In this document: positions 44,245-53,167 of the stretch, piece by piece | Position numbering within the stretch: position 1 is the first letter of the stretch | How the letters are laid out: every line of letters begins with the position of its first letter | NCBI GenBank assembly: GCA_035510695.1 | Contig: DATKGO010000062.1 | Location: 1-56,707, forward strand | Source: Patescibacteria group bacterium | Lineage (GTDB): Bacteria > Patescibacteriota > Microgenomatia > Levybacterales > UBA12049 | DNA: 56,707 nt | Direction: 5' to 3' | Notes under the pieces: model-generated | Told to the model about the DNA's origin: nothing | What the model saw: the letters and a program-made list of their open reading frames with translations, nothing else | Databases searched by the model: none | Translations under genes and position numbers: made by a program

Positions 44245-45512
44245 TTGTCTTTGAGTTGAGCAATTACTTCTTCCAGATTGAGAGTTTTTTGTTCACGGGT
44301 TTTAAGATTTTTTAATACAACAACGTTTTTTTCTACTTCATCGGGACCTTGGATTATTACAAAAGGTATTTGCTTTTGATCGGCGTATTTTAATTGTTTT
44401 TCCATTTTGGCATTGCTGTCGGAATAGAGTTCACAATTAATATTGTTCGAGCGAAGTCGAGAACTTATTTCCACAGCTTTATCTTCAAAATCCATATTGA
44501 AGATACTGACTAACACCTTTGTAGTTTGTAGGGAGGTTGGGAAAAGATTTTTTTCTTCCATAGCATCAAGTAAACGGTCAAATCCCAAAGCAAATCCGAC
44601 TGCCGGAACCTGCCTGCCGGCAAGTAGCCCAATTAAATTATTGTAACGTCCGCCGCCTGCTACAGAACCGGCAGTATACCCATCAATTTCTATTTCAAAA
44701 ATAAGACCGGTATAATAATCGAGCCCTCGGGCAAGGGTAGGTAAGAATATAAATTGCTCAGCAGATATTCCCATTCTTTTGATGAGGTGAAAAATAGTTT
44801 TCAAACGCATAGTCGGCTGTTGGTTTTGCAAACTTTGCAGAATAAAAGCGGCTTTTTCTTTAGCCAAACCGTTTTGTACCATTTCCTCAATTACTTTTTC
44901 TTCACCGATTTTTTTAAGTTTATCGATTGAACGAATAATCATCGGCAGTTCATCATCTTGGATATTAAATTGTGAGTTTTTAGTTAATTCGTTAAAAATA
45001 TTTCTGTCATTGATAAGAATTTTGAAATTAGGGAAGCCTAAAGCCTCAATCGTTTTTCCGGCGGCAACAATTGTTTCCGCGTCGGATAGGGGAGTGTCAA
45101 CCCCGACTATATCCACGTCACATTGCAGAAATTCTCGGTATCTGCCTTTTTGCGTGTTTTCCGCCCGCCAGACAGGTTGAATTTGATAGCGTTTAAAAGG
45201 CATAGGTAAGAGAGGTTGACCTTGTGGTGAGTTTGCCGAACCATATTCGGAAATTACACGGGCCAATGGAACGGTTTGATCATAGCGCATAGCCACGCGG
45301 CGGCCTCCGTTGTCCTCGAAACGGTACATGAGTTTATCCCCTTCGCTTCCATACTTACCCATGAGCAGTTCTTCGTATTCCAAAGCCGGCGTTTCCAATG
45401 GCTCAAAGCCAAAGGAAGCGAATGCAGATTTGATTTTCTCAATCATGTATTGCCGCTTTCTGGCTTCAATGGGTAGAAAGTCTCGAAATCCTTTTAATGT
45501 TTGAATATTCAT
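44241..45512 (-). CDS. hisS: histidine--tRNA ligase
   Basis: Start trimmed to MNIQTLKGFRDFLP. Class II motifs (YRFEDNGGRRVAMRYDQTVPLAR, FKRYQIQPVWRAE, GGGRYNNL). Confidence 0.9.
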   Translation of the reverse strand: MNIQTLKGFRDFLPIEARKRQYMIEKIKSAFASFGFEPLETPALEYEELLMGKYGSEGDKLMYRFEDNGGRRVAMRYDQTVPLARVISEYGSANSPQGQPLLPMPFKRYQIQPVWRAENTQKGRYREFLQCDVDIVGVDTPLSDAETIVAAGKTIEALGFPNFKILINDRNIFNELTKNSQFNIQDDELPMIIRSIDKLKKIGEEKVIEEMVQNGLAKEKAAFILQSLQNQQPTMRLKTIFHLIKRMGISAEQFIFLPTLARGLDYYTGLIFEIEIDGYTAGSVAGGGRYNNLIGLLAGRQVPAVGFALGFDRLLDAMEEKNLFPTSLQTTKVLVSIFNMDFEDKAVEISSRLRSNNINCELYSDSNAKMEKQLKYADQKQIPFVIIQGPDEVEKNVVVLKNLKTREQKTLNLEEVIAQLKDN

Positions 45513-45551
45513 AACCATATCATAGCATATACTGAGCTTATTCATAATAGG

Positions 45552-45560
45552 TGTTATAAT
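45552..45560 (+). promoter_or_regulatory. extended -10 promoter (TGtTATAAT) 6 nt upstream of ATG 45567
   Basis: TGTTATAATCAAGCT-ATG with no SD. Confidence 0.55.
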
Positions 45561-45566
45561 CAAGCT

Positions 45567-46565
45567 ATGAAACCTGAAGAATTATTATTGAAACAGCTCA
45601 TGTCGATTCCTTCAGTCAGTGGTAATGAGACTGAAATTGGAGAGTTTATTTTTACATTATTAAAAAAAGAAGGGTTTAATGTAACCAGACAAACAGTGGA
45701 TAAAAAGCGATTTAATGTAATTGCCAAGTTAGGTAATCCCCAAATTTATTTACAGGCGCATATGGATACAGTACCGCCATTTATTCCTTACAGTGCTGAC
45801 GAAACATATATTTATGGAAGAGGTGCCTGCGATACAAAAGCCTCAATTGCTACTATGATCACTGCGGCAATTCAGTGTAAACAAAAAGGTTATAGCAATT
45901 TCGGATTGTTATTTACAACAGCCGAAGAAACTGATTTTGATGGAGCCAAAAAAGTTATTGAAAATAAATTACAGGTGCCTTTTATTATAGTAGGGGAACC
46001 GACATCTTTAGATATAGTAAATGGACATTTTGGTTTAAATATTTTTAATATAACTGCGAAAGGTAAATCAGCCCATAGCAGTAGGCCAGAGCAAGGTATA
46101 AATGCCATTGATATACTGAGTCAGATTATTGCAGAGGTAAAGAAAATAAAAGTTCATCCGGAAACATTAATAAGTTTGGTACAAATTAATGGCGGTGTGG
46201 CTGATAATATTATTCCGGAATTTGCTGAGGCAACATTTAGTATGCGGATTTCTCCCAATGATAAACAAGATTATAATTCTATGGTAAAAAAATTTTTACC
46301 CAAGAATTCTCAAATAGAAGTGAAACAGAATATTGGCAGCGTCTATTGTGATATTCCCGATGAGCTGTCATTTATACAGACCCGTAGAAGTGTAAAGTAT
46401 TTTACCGAATTGTCGTTTTTCAAAAAGGGAGTTGTTATAGGTCCGGGAGATATTCTTTATGCGCATGGAGCCAATGAAAAGATAATACGGAGCGAATTAC
46501 CTAAAGCAGTAAAAATCTATTCGCAAATTATAAAGAATTATTGTTTAGATTCTAAAACTAAGTGA
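45567..46565 (+). CDS. M20 family metallopeptidase (ArgE/DapE/succinyl-diaminopimelate desuccinylase-like)
   Basis: HMDTVPP, GRGACDTKASIA and TTAEETDFDGA metal-ligand contexts. Confidence 0.75.
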   Translation: MKPEELLLKQLMSIPSVSGNETEIGEFIFTLLKKEGFNVTRQTVDKKRFNVIAKLGNPQIYLQAHMDTVPPFIPYSADETYIYGRGACDTKASIATMITAAIQCKQKGYSNFGLLFTTAEETDFDGAKKVIENKLQVPFIIVGEPTSLDIVNGHFGLNIFNITAKGKSAHSSRPEQGINAIDILSQIIAEVKKIKVHPETLISLVQINGGVADNIIPEFAEATFSMRISPNDKQDYNSMVKKFLPKNSQIEVKQNIGSVYCDIPDELSFIQTRRSVKYFTELSFFKKGVVIGPGDILYAHGANEKIIRSELPKAVKIYSQIIKNYCLDSKTK

Positions 46566-46584
46566 TTCAAATTAAATAAGCGCT

Positions 46585-47799
46585 TTAGATAGTGATAAAG
46601 TTTTTTGAAGAATTGGTTAGCTGAATGAGTTTACCGTTTTGAATTGTATATAAGTCTTCAATTCGGATCCCGTATTTGCCATTTAAACCCTGCCTGCCGG
46701 CAGGCAAGTATATTCCCGGTTCAAGAGAAAAGACCATACCTTCTTTTAGTTCGTCTATGGAGTTTGGTGAGAGAGAAGGAGCTTCATGGACTTCCAGACC
46801 GATTCCGTGACCGAGAGAATGGGGAATAGAGGGATAACCTTGAGAAATAATATGTTGTCGTGCAATGTGATCGAGATCTGCAGCGTTAACAATGTTGTCA
46901 TTCCGGACTCGATCCGGAATCCAGTCTTTATCTCTCTGGATTCCAGCTTTTGCTGGAATAACAGAAGATGCTGAACTAAATTCAGCATGACGTTTAAATT
47001 TGGATTGCTTCGCTTCGCTCGCAATGACGTTAGTAATGAACGCCACTGCTTTTTGTTGTGCGGTTAAAACTGTTTCATAGACTTTAATTTCCTCAGCCTT
47101 TGGTTTACCGAAAAATAAAGTTCTGGACATATCGGAACAATAATTTTCAAATTTTACGCCAAAATCAAAAAGGACAAATTGATTGGGTTTTAATTTATTA
47201 TCACCGGTCAAATGATGGGGGATAGCTGCGTTTGCTCCGAATGCAACAATTGTCGAAAAAGATAGTTCAGCCCCCTGCTCGCGTATAAAATTTTCCAATT
47301 GATAAGCCAATTCTTTTTCAGTTATTGACTCATGAATTTGTTTAAGAATAAAAGTAAACGCGGCATCGCCAATAGCACAGGCTTTTTGAATAATTTGAAT
47401 TTCATCTCTAGTTTTTTGTTCTCTAAGTGTTCTTAAATTTACAGTTTTAAGTTCCGGCAATACTTTTTTAAATGTTACATATTCGGCAACGGTCAAATTG
47501 TCTCCCTCAAACCCGATGCTTTCTATTTTTTCCTCTGTTATAATTTTTTGCAGTAATTTAGAAGAGGAATTTTTTTGATTTCTTTCCAGAATTTGAAAAG
47601 TTGGAACTGCATCTTTAACCTGCTCGGTATATCTGGCATCAGTAATTAAATATTTGTTTGTCTTTGTGATAAACAGGTATGCTTCCCGTTCATCTTTAGA
47701 GAATCCGGAATAGCCTGTTAAATAAATAATGTTGGGAACGGAAGAAATTAGAAGAGCATCAAGGTGACTGGTATTGAGTAAATTGTGTAAGTAATCCAT
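46585..47799 (-). CDS. pepP: M24B Xaa-Pro aminopeptidase carrying a 44-aa repeat-derived insertion
   Basis: Pita-bread motifs FDFGVKFENYCSDMSRT, HSLGHGIGLEVHE, FSLEPGIY and IRIEDL. The insertion VIASEAKQS...WIPDRVRND is encoded by 46897-47028. Confidence 0.85.
   Translation of the reverse strand: MDYLHNLLNTSHLDALLISSVPNIIYLTGYSGFSKDEREAYLFITKTNKYLITDARYTEQVKDAVPTFQILERNQKNSSSKLLQKIITEEKIESIGFEGDNLTVAEYVTFKKVLPELKTVNLRTLREQKTRDEIQIIQKACAIGDAAFTFILKQIHESITEKELAYQLENFIREQGAELSFSTIVAFGANAAIPHHLTGDNKLKPNQFVLFDFGVKFENYCSDMSRTLFFGKPKAEEIKVYETVLTAQQKAVAFITNVIASEAKQSKFKRHAEFSSASSVIPAKAGIQRDKDWIPDRVRNDNIVNAADLDHIARQHIISQGYPSIPHSLGHGIGLEVHEAPSLSPNSIDELKEGMVFSLEPGIYLPAGRQGLNGKYGIRIEDLYTIQNGKLIQLTNSSKNFITI
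46897..47028. repeat. 132-bp block of four GTCAT-family hairpin units inside the pepP reading frame
   Basis: Four 27-nt units (46897-46923, 46936-46962, 46963-46989, 47002-47028) with two 12-nt spacers. Total is 44 codons. Confidence 0.85.
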
Positions 47800-47898
47800 T
47801 TATAAAATTTACAATTTTCAATTTTCAATAAGTATTCAATGTAACAATGTTTCAATGAAAATTCAATGTAAATTGTAAATTAGAAATTGAAAATTATT

Positions 47899-48705
47899 TT
47901 ATTTTGCTCCGACGGTTGGAGTTGTGGTAGTTGCGTTTGTTGGCTGAGCTGTCGGAGAAACTGCAACATTGATTGCCGGATCGGCGGCAACTTCGGGAAA
48001 ATCAATAATTCGATTAGCCACAATCATACTGGGAGTATTTTTATCGGGATAACCCATGATGAAAACACGATCACCGACAGCTAATTTGGAAAAACCGGAT
48101 TTAGTCAAATCGTCTACTTTGGTAAAAGTATAAGATTTAGTAATTGTTTCAACATCAATTAAGGTTTGCTTCTGGTCTTCCTTTAAAATATAAAATTGTC
48201 CGTTTGCCCGATCAATAGAACTGACAACGCCGGTTAGATAGGTGGGAGTGGTGATTACATCGATAAACCTTGCCAAAAGGTGTTGAGTATCCTTGTTATA
48301 TAAACCTAAAACGCTAACCAGGGTGCCTTTATTTAAATCGGAAATACCCATTGAAGCATTATTTGGAGATGAGAATTTAGTTATTTCGTCAACATCTACA
48401 ATCCGTATATTGTTTTGTACATCGTTTAAGGTAATTTGTGTACTACTTACATCGGTTATAGTTCCAACAATTCCACGTTTTTCAACCAATTTTAGCTTGG
48501 CAGTTTCTGAAACAACTTTTTCTCGTATTTGATTAATTTGATTTAATAAATTTTGGTCTGTGGGTTTAATTGTCGGCGACGGATTTTGACTGGGAGTCGG
48601 GGTGACGGCAAAAGATTGGGTATTGGTTGTTAACAATAATATTGCCAAGCATATTACTGTTATTAAGATTTTTTTTATGGATTTGAAATTGTTAAATTTT
48701 TTCAT
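47899..48705 (-). CDS. hypothetical secreted protein
   Basis: N-terminal signal or TM segment (ILITVICLAILLLTT...SFA). No recognisable domain. Confidence 0.55.
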   Translation of the reverse strand: MKKFNNFKSIKKILITVICLAILLLTTNTQSFAVTPTPSQNPSPTIKPTDQNLLNQINQIREKVVSETAKLKLVEKRGIVGTITDVSSTQITLNDVQNNIRIVDVDEITKFSSPNNASMGISDLNKGTLVSVLGLYNKDTQHLLARFIDVITTPTYLTGVVSSIDRANGQFYILKEDQKQTLIDVETITKSYTFTKVDDLTKSGFSKLAVGDRVFIMGYPDKNTPSMIVANRIIDFPEVAADPAINVAVSPTAQPTNATTTTPTVGAK

Positions 48706-48726
48706 TGTTAAATTGTTAACCTGTTT

Positions 48727-49164
48727 TTAGAAATCTTCTGTCGAATAAGTAACTGTTTTTAATGTTTTTTGTTCCGATCCGTCAGGGAAGATTGCCGTAA
48801 TTTGTAATATATTTGTATCATCATCCAAAGTCGTGGTTAAAGAAAAACTGCCGTCCGCAGACGCGATTGCTACTTGATCGGTACTGGGAGTTGAAACAAT
48901 GATGGTTGAATCTTTGGTTGCCTTTCCGTTTACTTGTAGACTTCGACTGTCTGTCACCATTTCATCGCTGGGATTTTGAATAATTAAATAATCATTGGAA
49001 TTTCTTGGAGTTTGGGTCGGAGTTATTTGCTTGACTGCTGCGTTTAGAACTGAAGATTTGTTTGAGCTTTTTACATAATGTTGATAGATAAAATAGGTTC
49101 CTCCGGCGGCCATTAATCCAACCAACACAGCGATAAATGATAGAATAATTCGTTCAGATTTCAT
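48727..49164 (-). CDS. hypothetical membrane-anchored protein
   Basis: Start trimmed to MKSERIILSFIAVLVGLMAAGG. Beta-rich ectodomain. Confidence 0.5.
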   Translation of the reverse strand: MKSERIILSFIAVLVGLMAAGGTYFIYQHYVKSSNKSSVLNAAVKQITPTQTPRNSNDYLIIQNPSDEMVTDSRSLQVNGKATKDSTIIVSTPSTDQVAIASADGSFSLTTTLDDDTNILQITAIFPDGSEQKTLKTVTYSTEDF

Positions 49165-49236
49165 AGGAAAGGGGTAGGCACGACAAATCATAGCGTTTAG
49201 ACTAACTCTTGTCAAGGAACACTTGTATATGCTAGG

Positions 49237-49758
49237 ATGGGTCAGATGGAAATTGCATTACTTTCCGCCAATTCACTTCGTTTAAAAGGAAAAAACACGA
49301 CTTTTGTCGTCAATCCTCAAGATAAAAATACCAGTTATGCTGCAGCAGTTGTATTTTATTCAACGAAAGAAAACTTAAAGATTAATCCCGATGCTGTAGT
49401 AATTGACGGAGCGGGTGATTATGAAATCGGCGGTATAAAATTGATGGCGAGTCGGTTTGAAAATGATATTATTTATAGTTTTATTATCGACGACGTTTCG
49501 GTTTTGTTAGCGGATTTAAAAGTTGTAAGTAAAAATCATCAGAAGTTAAAAGACTATGATATTGTGGCGGCTTACATTACAAGTGATGAAGATCCGTCTT
49601 CGGCGATAAATCTTGCCTCAAGTGCTGTACTTTTTTTCGGCGAGAAAGCCGCGGAGTCAGTTAAAAAAACCGTAAAAGAAGGACTACAGGAAATGAATAA
49701 ATACAGTGTTACTAAAGATAAGTTGACAACTGAAGTAGCTCAGATACTACTAAAATAA
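49237..49758 (+). CDS. hypothetical protein upstream of dnaB
   Basis: 173-aa ORF. It is not ribosomal protein L9, which often occupies this position. Confidence 0.5.
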   Translation: MGQMEIALLSANSLRLKGKNTTFVVNPQDKNTSYAAAVVFYSTKENLKINPDAVVIDGAGDYEIGGIKLMASRFENDIIYSFIIDDVSVLLADLKVVSKNHQKLKDYDIVAAYITSDEDPSSAINLASSAVLFFGEKAAESVKKTVKEGLQEMNKYSVTKDKLTTEVAQILLK

Positions 49759-49767
49759 GGGTGGGAT

Positions 49768-51093
49768 ATGGCAAAGATAAAAACTCCTCCGCATAACGAC
49801 GAAGCAGAGCAAAGTGTACTTGGAGCAATACTAATTGATAAAGAAGCTATGACCCTTGCTTCCGGTATTTTGCGGCCCGAACATTTTTATAACGAACTTT
49901 ACGGTCTAATTTTTTCCGCGATGATTAGGATTCATGAAGACAGACGGCCGATCGATATTCTGACCATTACCAATGAGTTAAAAAAACACAATACAGATAA
50001 TAAAATAAAATCCTCGGTTTTAACCGATCTGGTTAACGCGGTACCTACAGCCGCCAATATTGAAGAGTACGCTCAAATCGTCAAAGAAAACGCAGTCAAA
50101 CGTGCTTTAATTCATGCAGCCACGGAAGTTGCAGAATTAGGTTTTCAGGAAGATAAAGATGTGAAAGAATTATTGGATAAAGCGGAATCCAGCATCTTTT
50201 CAATCTCACAAGCGCATATTAAACGGAATTTTATTCCGATTAGGGAAACACTGACCGAAAGTTTTGATCGTTTGGAGGAATTACATCGTTTGGGCGAGGG
50301 ATTACGCGGTGTTCCGACAGGCTTTACGGATTTGGACAAAATGCTTTCGGGAATGCAAAAATCAAATTTGCTTATTCTGGCAGCCCGTCCCGGACAAGGT
50401 AAAACCGCTTTAGTGGTAAACATTGCTCAATATGTAAGTTTAATTCAAAAAAAGGCCGTCGGTATTTTCTCTTTGGAAATGAGTAAAGAAGAATTGGTTG
50501 ATCGTCTCATGGTTTCTCAGGCAGATGTGGACGCTTGGCGGCATAAAACCGGCAGGTTAAACGAGGACGATTGGGGTAGATTATCCGATGCCATGGGACA
50601 GTTGGCGGAAGCGCCTTTATTTATTGATGATACTCCCGGTTTATCAATTGCCGAAATGCGTAGTAAAGCCCGCCGTTTGCAGCTTGAACAAAATTTGGGT
50701 CTGATTATTGTTGATTATTTGCAGTTGGTTGATGCGGGTCAAAAATTTGAGAATCGTGTGCTTGAAGTTTCACACGTTTCCAAATCGCTGAAGAATTTGG
50801 CTCGTGAATTGAATGTTCCGGTTCTAGCCGCATCTCAGCTTTCACGCGCGGTTGAGCATAGGGGAGAACGCAGGCCGCAGTTGGCAGATCTACGTGAATC
50901 AGGCGCAATTGAACAAGACGCCGACGTAGTTATGTTTATTTATCGTCCGGATGCAGAAGTTACCTCCACTAATATTCCGACTAAACTATTAATCGCCAAA
51001 CATCGTAACGGCGCCACAGGGGAAATTGACTTGCTGTTCCGCGGTGATCGCGTCCGATTTTACTCGGTTGAAAAACAACAAGTAAGTTCATAA
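49768..51093 (+). CDS. dnaB: replicative DNA helicase DnaB
   Basis: PPHNDEAEQSVLGAIL, Walker A AARPGQGKTA, IVDYLQL, SQLSRAVE and ESGAIEQDADV. Confidence 0.95.
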   Translation: MAKIKTPPHNDEAEQSVLGAILIDKEAMTLASGILRPEHFYNELYGLIFSAMIRIHEDRRPIDILTITNELKKHNTDNKIKSSVLTDLVNAVPTAANIEEYAQIVKENAVKRALIHAATEVAELGFQEDKDVKELLDKAESSIFSISQAHIKRNFIPIRETLTESFDRLEELHRLGEGLRGVPTGFTDLDKMLSGMQKSNLLILAARPGQGKTALVVNIAQYVSLIQKKAVGIFSLEMSKEELVDRLMVSQADVDAWRHKTGRLNEDDWGRLSDAMGQLAEAPLFIDDTPGLSIAEMRSKARRLQLEQNLGLIIVDYLQLVDAGQKFENRVLEVSHVSKSLKNLARELNVPVLAASQLSRAVEHRGERRPQLADLRESGAIEQDADVVMFIYRPDAEVTSTNIPTKLLIAKHRNGATGEIDLLFRGDRVRFYSVEKQQVSS

Positions 51094-51114
51094 AGTTCAT
51101 CAAGTTATAATGTT
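51083..51114. repeat. right copy of the 32-nt inverted repeat (overlaps the dnaB stop codon)
   Basis: TAAGTTCATAAAGTTCATCAAGTTATAATGTT. Confidence 0.9.
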
Positions 51115-51262
51115 TATAAAGTATTTCAACAATTTGACAATGAAACAATTTTCTCGTAACTTTATAACTTTCAACATTAAAACTTTATAACTACGGTATT
51201 TTGCCTCTTCACTTTTATTATAAAAAGTTGTTACACTAAATTAGGAGAGGGGGTGAATTAGT

Positions 51263-52135
51263 ATGCAAAGATTTTTCCGTTTATTAAGTTTTTTAGCTAT
51301 TTTGCTGGCTCCGGTTTTTGTTCCGGTATTAGCGCATGCGCAAAGTGTTACTACGGCAGTTCCGGTTGTCAGTCAAACAACTGTACTATCGCGTAATGCA
51401 GCGAATTTGAATAAAACTGGAACTACAGCTTTGTCTGTATTGCACACTCGTTGTGACACGGAAATTACAAATCGGATTAGCAGTTTAAATAATTCGACTG
51501 CGAAAATTAACGCCATTAATAAGTTGACCGAAAGTCAGAAACAACAATATTTGACCTCGATTCAAACTAATGTTTCCGGTTTGACAACTTTAAAGGCGAA
51601 ATGCGATGCTGATACGGATGCTAGTACTTTGACAGCGGATACGAAATCTGTTTTTTCCACTTTTAGAGTTTATGCCGTATTTATGCCGCAAACGTCATTG
51701 TTAGTAGCAGCTGACAAATTAAGTACGACAGCCGGACAGCTTTCGGATTTAGCGACGAAATTCCAAACACGTTTATCCGAAGCCCAAAGTGCTAATGTAA
51801 CTACTCTGCAAAGTTTGTTAACCGATATGCAGACACAAATTACTACTGCGCAAACGCAGGCGAATAGTGTTATCTCACAGGTTAGTCCAGTGCAGCCGAC
51901 TACTTATAATGCAAATCCGGCGGTAACCGGTGGAGTATTTACGTCGTCCAGGACTAATTTGAAGACAGGTACGCAAGCTGTACAAAAAGCAGTACAAGAC
52001 GCTATGCAGATTGTTGCATCATTAAGGCTGTTAGGCATTGGAGTAAAAACAGGAACAAATAGCGCTACAACCGGTATGGTTCCAAGTGTGATTATTCCGT
52101 CAGTAGTCCAAACGTCATCGCAATCGGCGAAATAA
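51263..52135 (+). CDS. hypothetical secreted S/T/Q-rich helical protein
   Basis: Signal peptide ending AHAQS. GGAGAGGGGG SD-like tract upstream. Confidence 0.55.
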   Translation: MQRFFRLLSFLAILLAPVFVPVLAHAQSVTTAVPVVSQTTVLSRNAANLNKTGTTALSVLHTRCDTEITNRISSLNNSTAKINAINKLTESQKQQYLTSIQTNVSGLTTLKAKCDADTDASTLTADTKSVFSTFRVYAVFMPQTSLLVAADKLSTTAGQLSDLATKFQTRLSEAQSANVTTLQSLLTDMQTQITTAQTQANSVISQVSPVQPTTYNANPAVTGGVFTSSRTNLKTGTQAVQKAVQDAMQIVASLRLLGIGVKTGTNSATTGMVPSVIIPSVVQTSSQSAK

Positions 52136-52221
52136 GTTTATTTGCGATTTTGAGAGAATGTTACGACAAGCCGTCCTATCTTAATTCAGGCGAAGAAGGA
52201 CGGCTAAGGTGGTGATTGCTA

Positions 52222-52250
52222 TTGACAAGATGTACGTTCGATGCTAATAT
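52222..52250 (+). promoter_or_regulatory. consensus promoter TTGACA-17-(TGc)TAATAT, 6 nt upstream of ATG 52257
   Basis: -35 at 52222-52227 and -10 at 52245-52250. The spacer contains TGTACGT. Confidence 0.7.
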
Positions 52251-52256
52251 TTTGGT

Positions 52257-52541
52257 ATGAATACGATTAGATTGTCAGCAACTTCTGCTAGAAATAATTT
52301 TTTTAATGTACTTAATCAAGTTGCAGCAGGTACGCAAGTCATTATTGAAAAAGACAATAAAGAAATTGCCATGCTCATTCCCAAAACAACCAAAACCGAT
52401 TGGAAAGGTTTGCGAAAAGCATTAAATGCCACTAGAGGCATTCTGAAAGATTATGATCCGGAAGATAATCCTTTGAGGAGAAAAGGCGCGTCTGAATATT
52501 TAGGAAAATGGGATAAAGGTTTACTTTTGAATGATAAATGA
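52257..52541 (+). CDS. type II antitoxin, Phd/YefM-like
   Basis: LSATSARNNFFNVLNQVAAGTQVIIEKDNKEIAMLIP. Stop overlaps the VapC start. Confidence 0.75.
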   Translation: MNTIRLSATSARNNFFNVLNQVAAGTQVIIEKDNKEIAMLIPKTTKTDWKGLRKALNATRGILKDYDPEDNPLRRKGASEYLGKWDKGLLLNDK

Positions 52542-52921
52542 AACTCATTGTTGACACCAGTATTCTCATTGATAATTTGCGAGGAGGAAAAATTTTCGCT
52601 ACAATTCTCGATGATTTAGAGCGCGAAAATGCGGAATTGATAGTACCCACAATTGTTTTTTTTGAACTATTCTCGGGGAGAAGTACGAGAGCACCGGAAA
52701 TTATTAAAGAAATCAACATGCTAATGAAAAATTTTCAAAGGGTTGATCTCACCGAGAGGATCGCGAAACGTGCTGGAGAATTATATAGGGATATAAATAA
52801 AGATCTTGGAGCTGCAGATTATGTGATTTCCGCTTCGGCTTTAGAACTAAATGCCACGGTAGTTACACTTAATAAAAAGCACTTTGAACAAATTACGAAC
52901 CTTAATGTATATCCGTTGTAG
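52538..52921 (+). CDS. vapC: type II toxin, PIN-domain VapC
   Basis: MKLIVDTSILID...AADYVISASALELNATVVTLNKKHF. Confidence 0.85.
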   Translation: MKLIVDTSILIDNLRGGKIFATILDDLERENAELIVPTIVFFELFSGRSTRAPEIIKEINMLMKNFQRVDLTERIAKRAGELYRDINKDLGAADYVISASALELNATVVTLNKKHFEQITNLNVYPL

Positions 52922-52931
52922 ATTAGATCAT

Positions 52932-53132
52932 ATGAAGTTTGCCAGAAGAGTTGCGCCTACTATTTTATACAACAGAGAGAAAAAGATTCTGCTTCAATTA
53001 CGTACCAAAGACGCTTCATATTATCCGGGTTTTTGGGGATTTTTCAGCGAAGAAGAAATAAAATCTTTAAAAATGAATCCCTACATCGCGGTAGTTATCA
53101 AGGGTGTTTTTCAATATCTGCAAGATCTTTAA
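52932..53132 (+). pseudogene. truncated NUDIX hydrolase fragment
   Basis: ILYNREKKILLQLRTKDASYYPGFWGFF matches the strand preceding a Nudix box, but the GX5EX7REUXEEXGU box itself is absent. Confidence 0.35.
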
Positions 53133-53167
53133 TTATTTTGAGAGGGCTTTGTACCAAAATTTTAATT

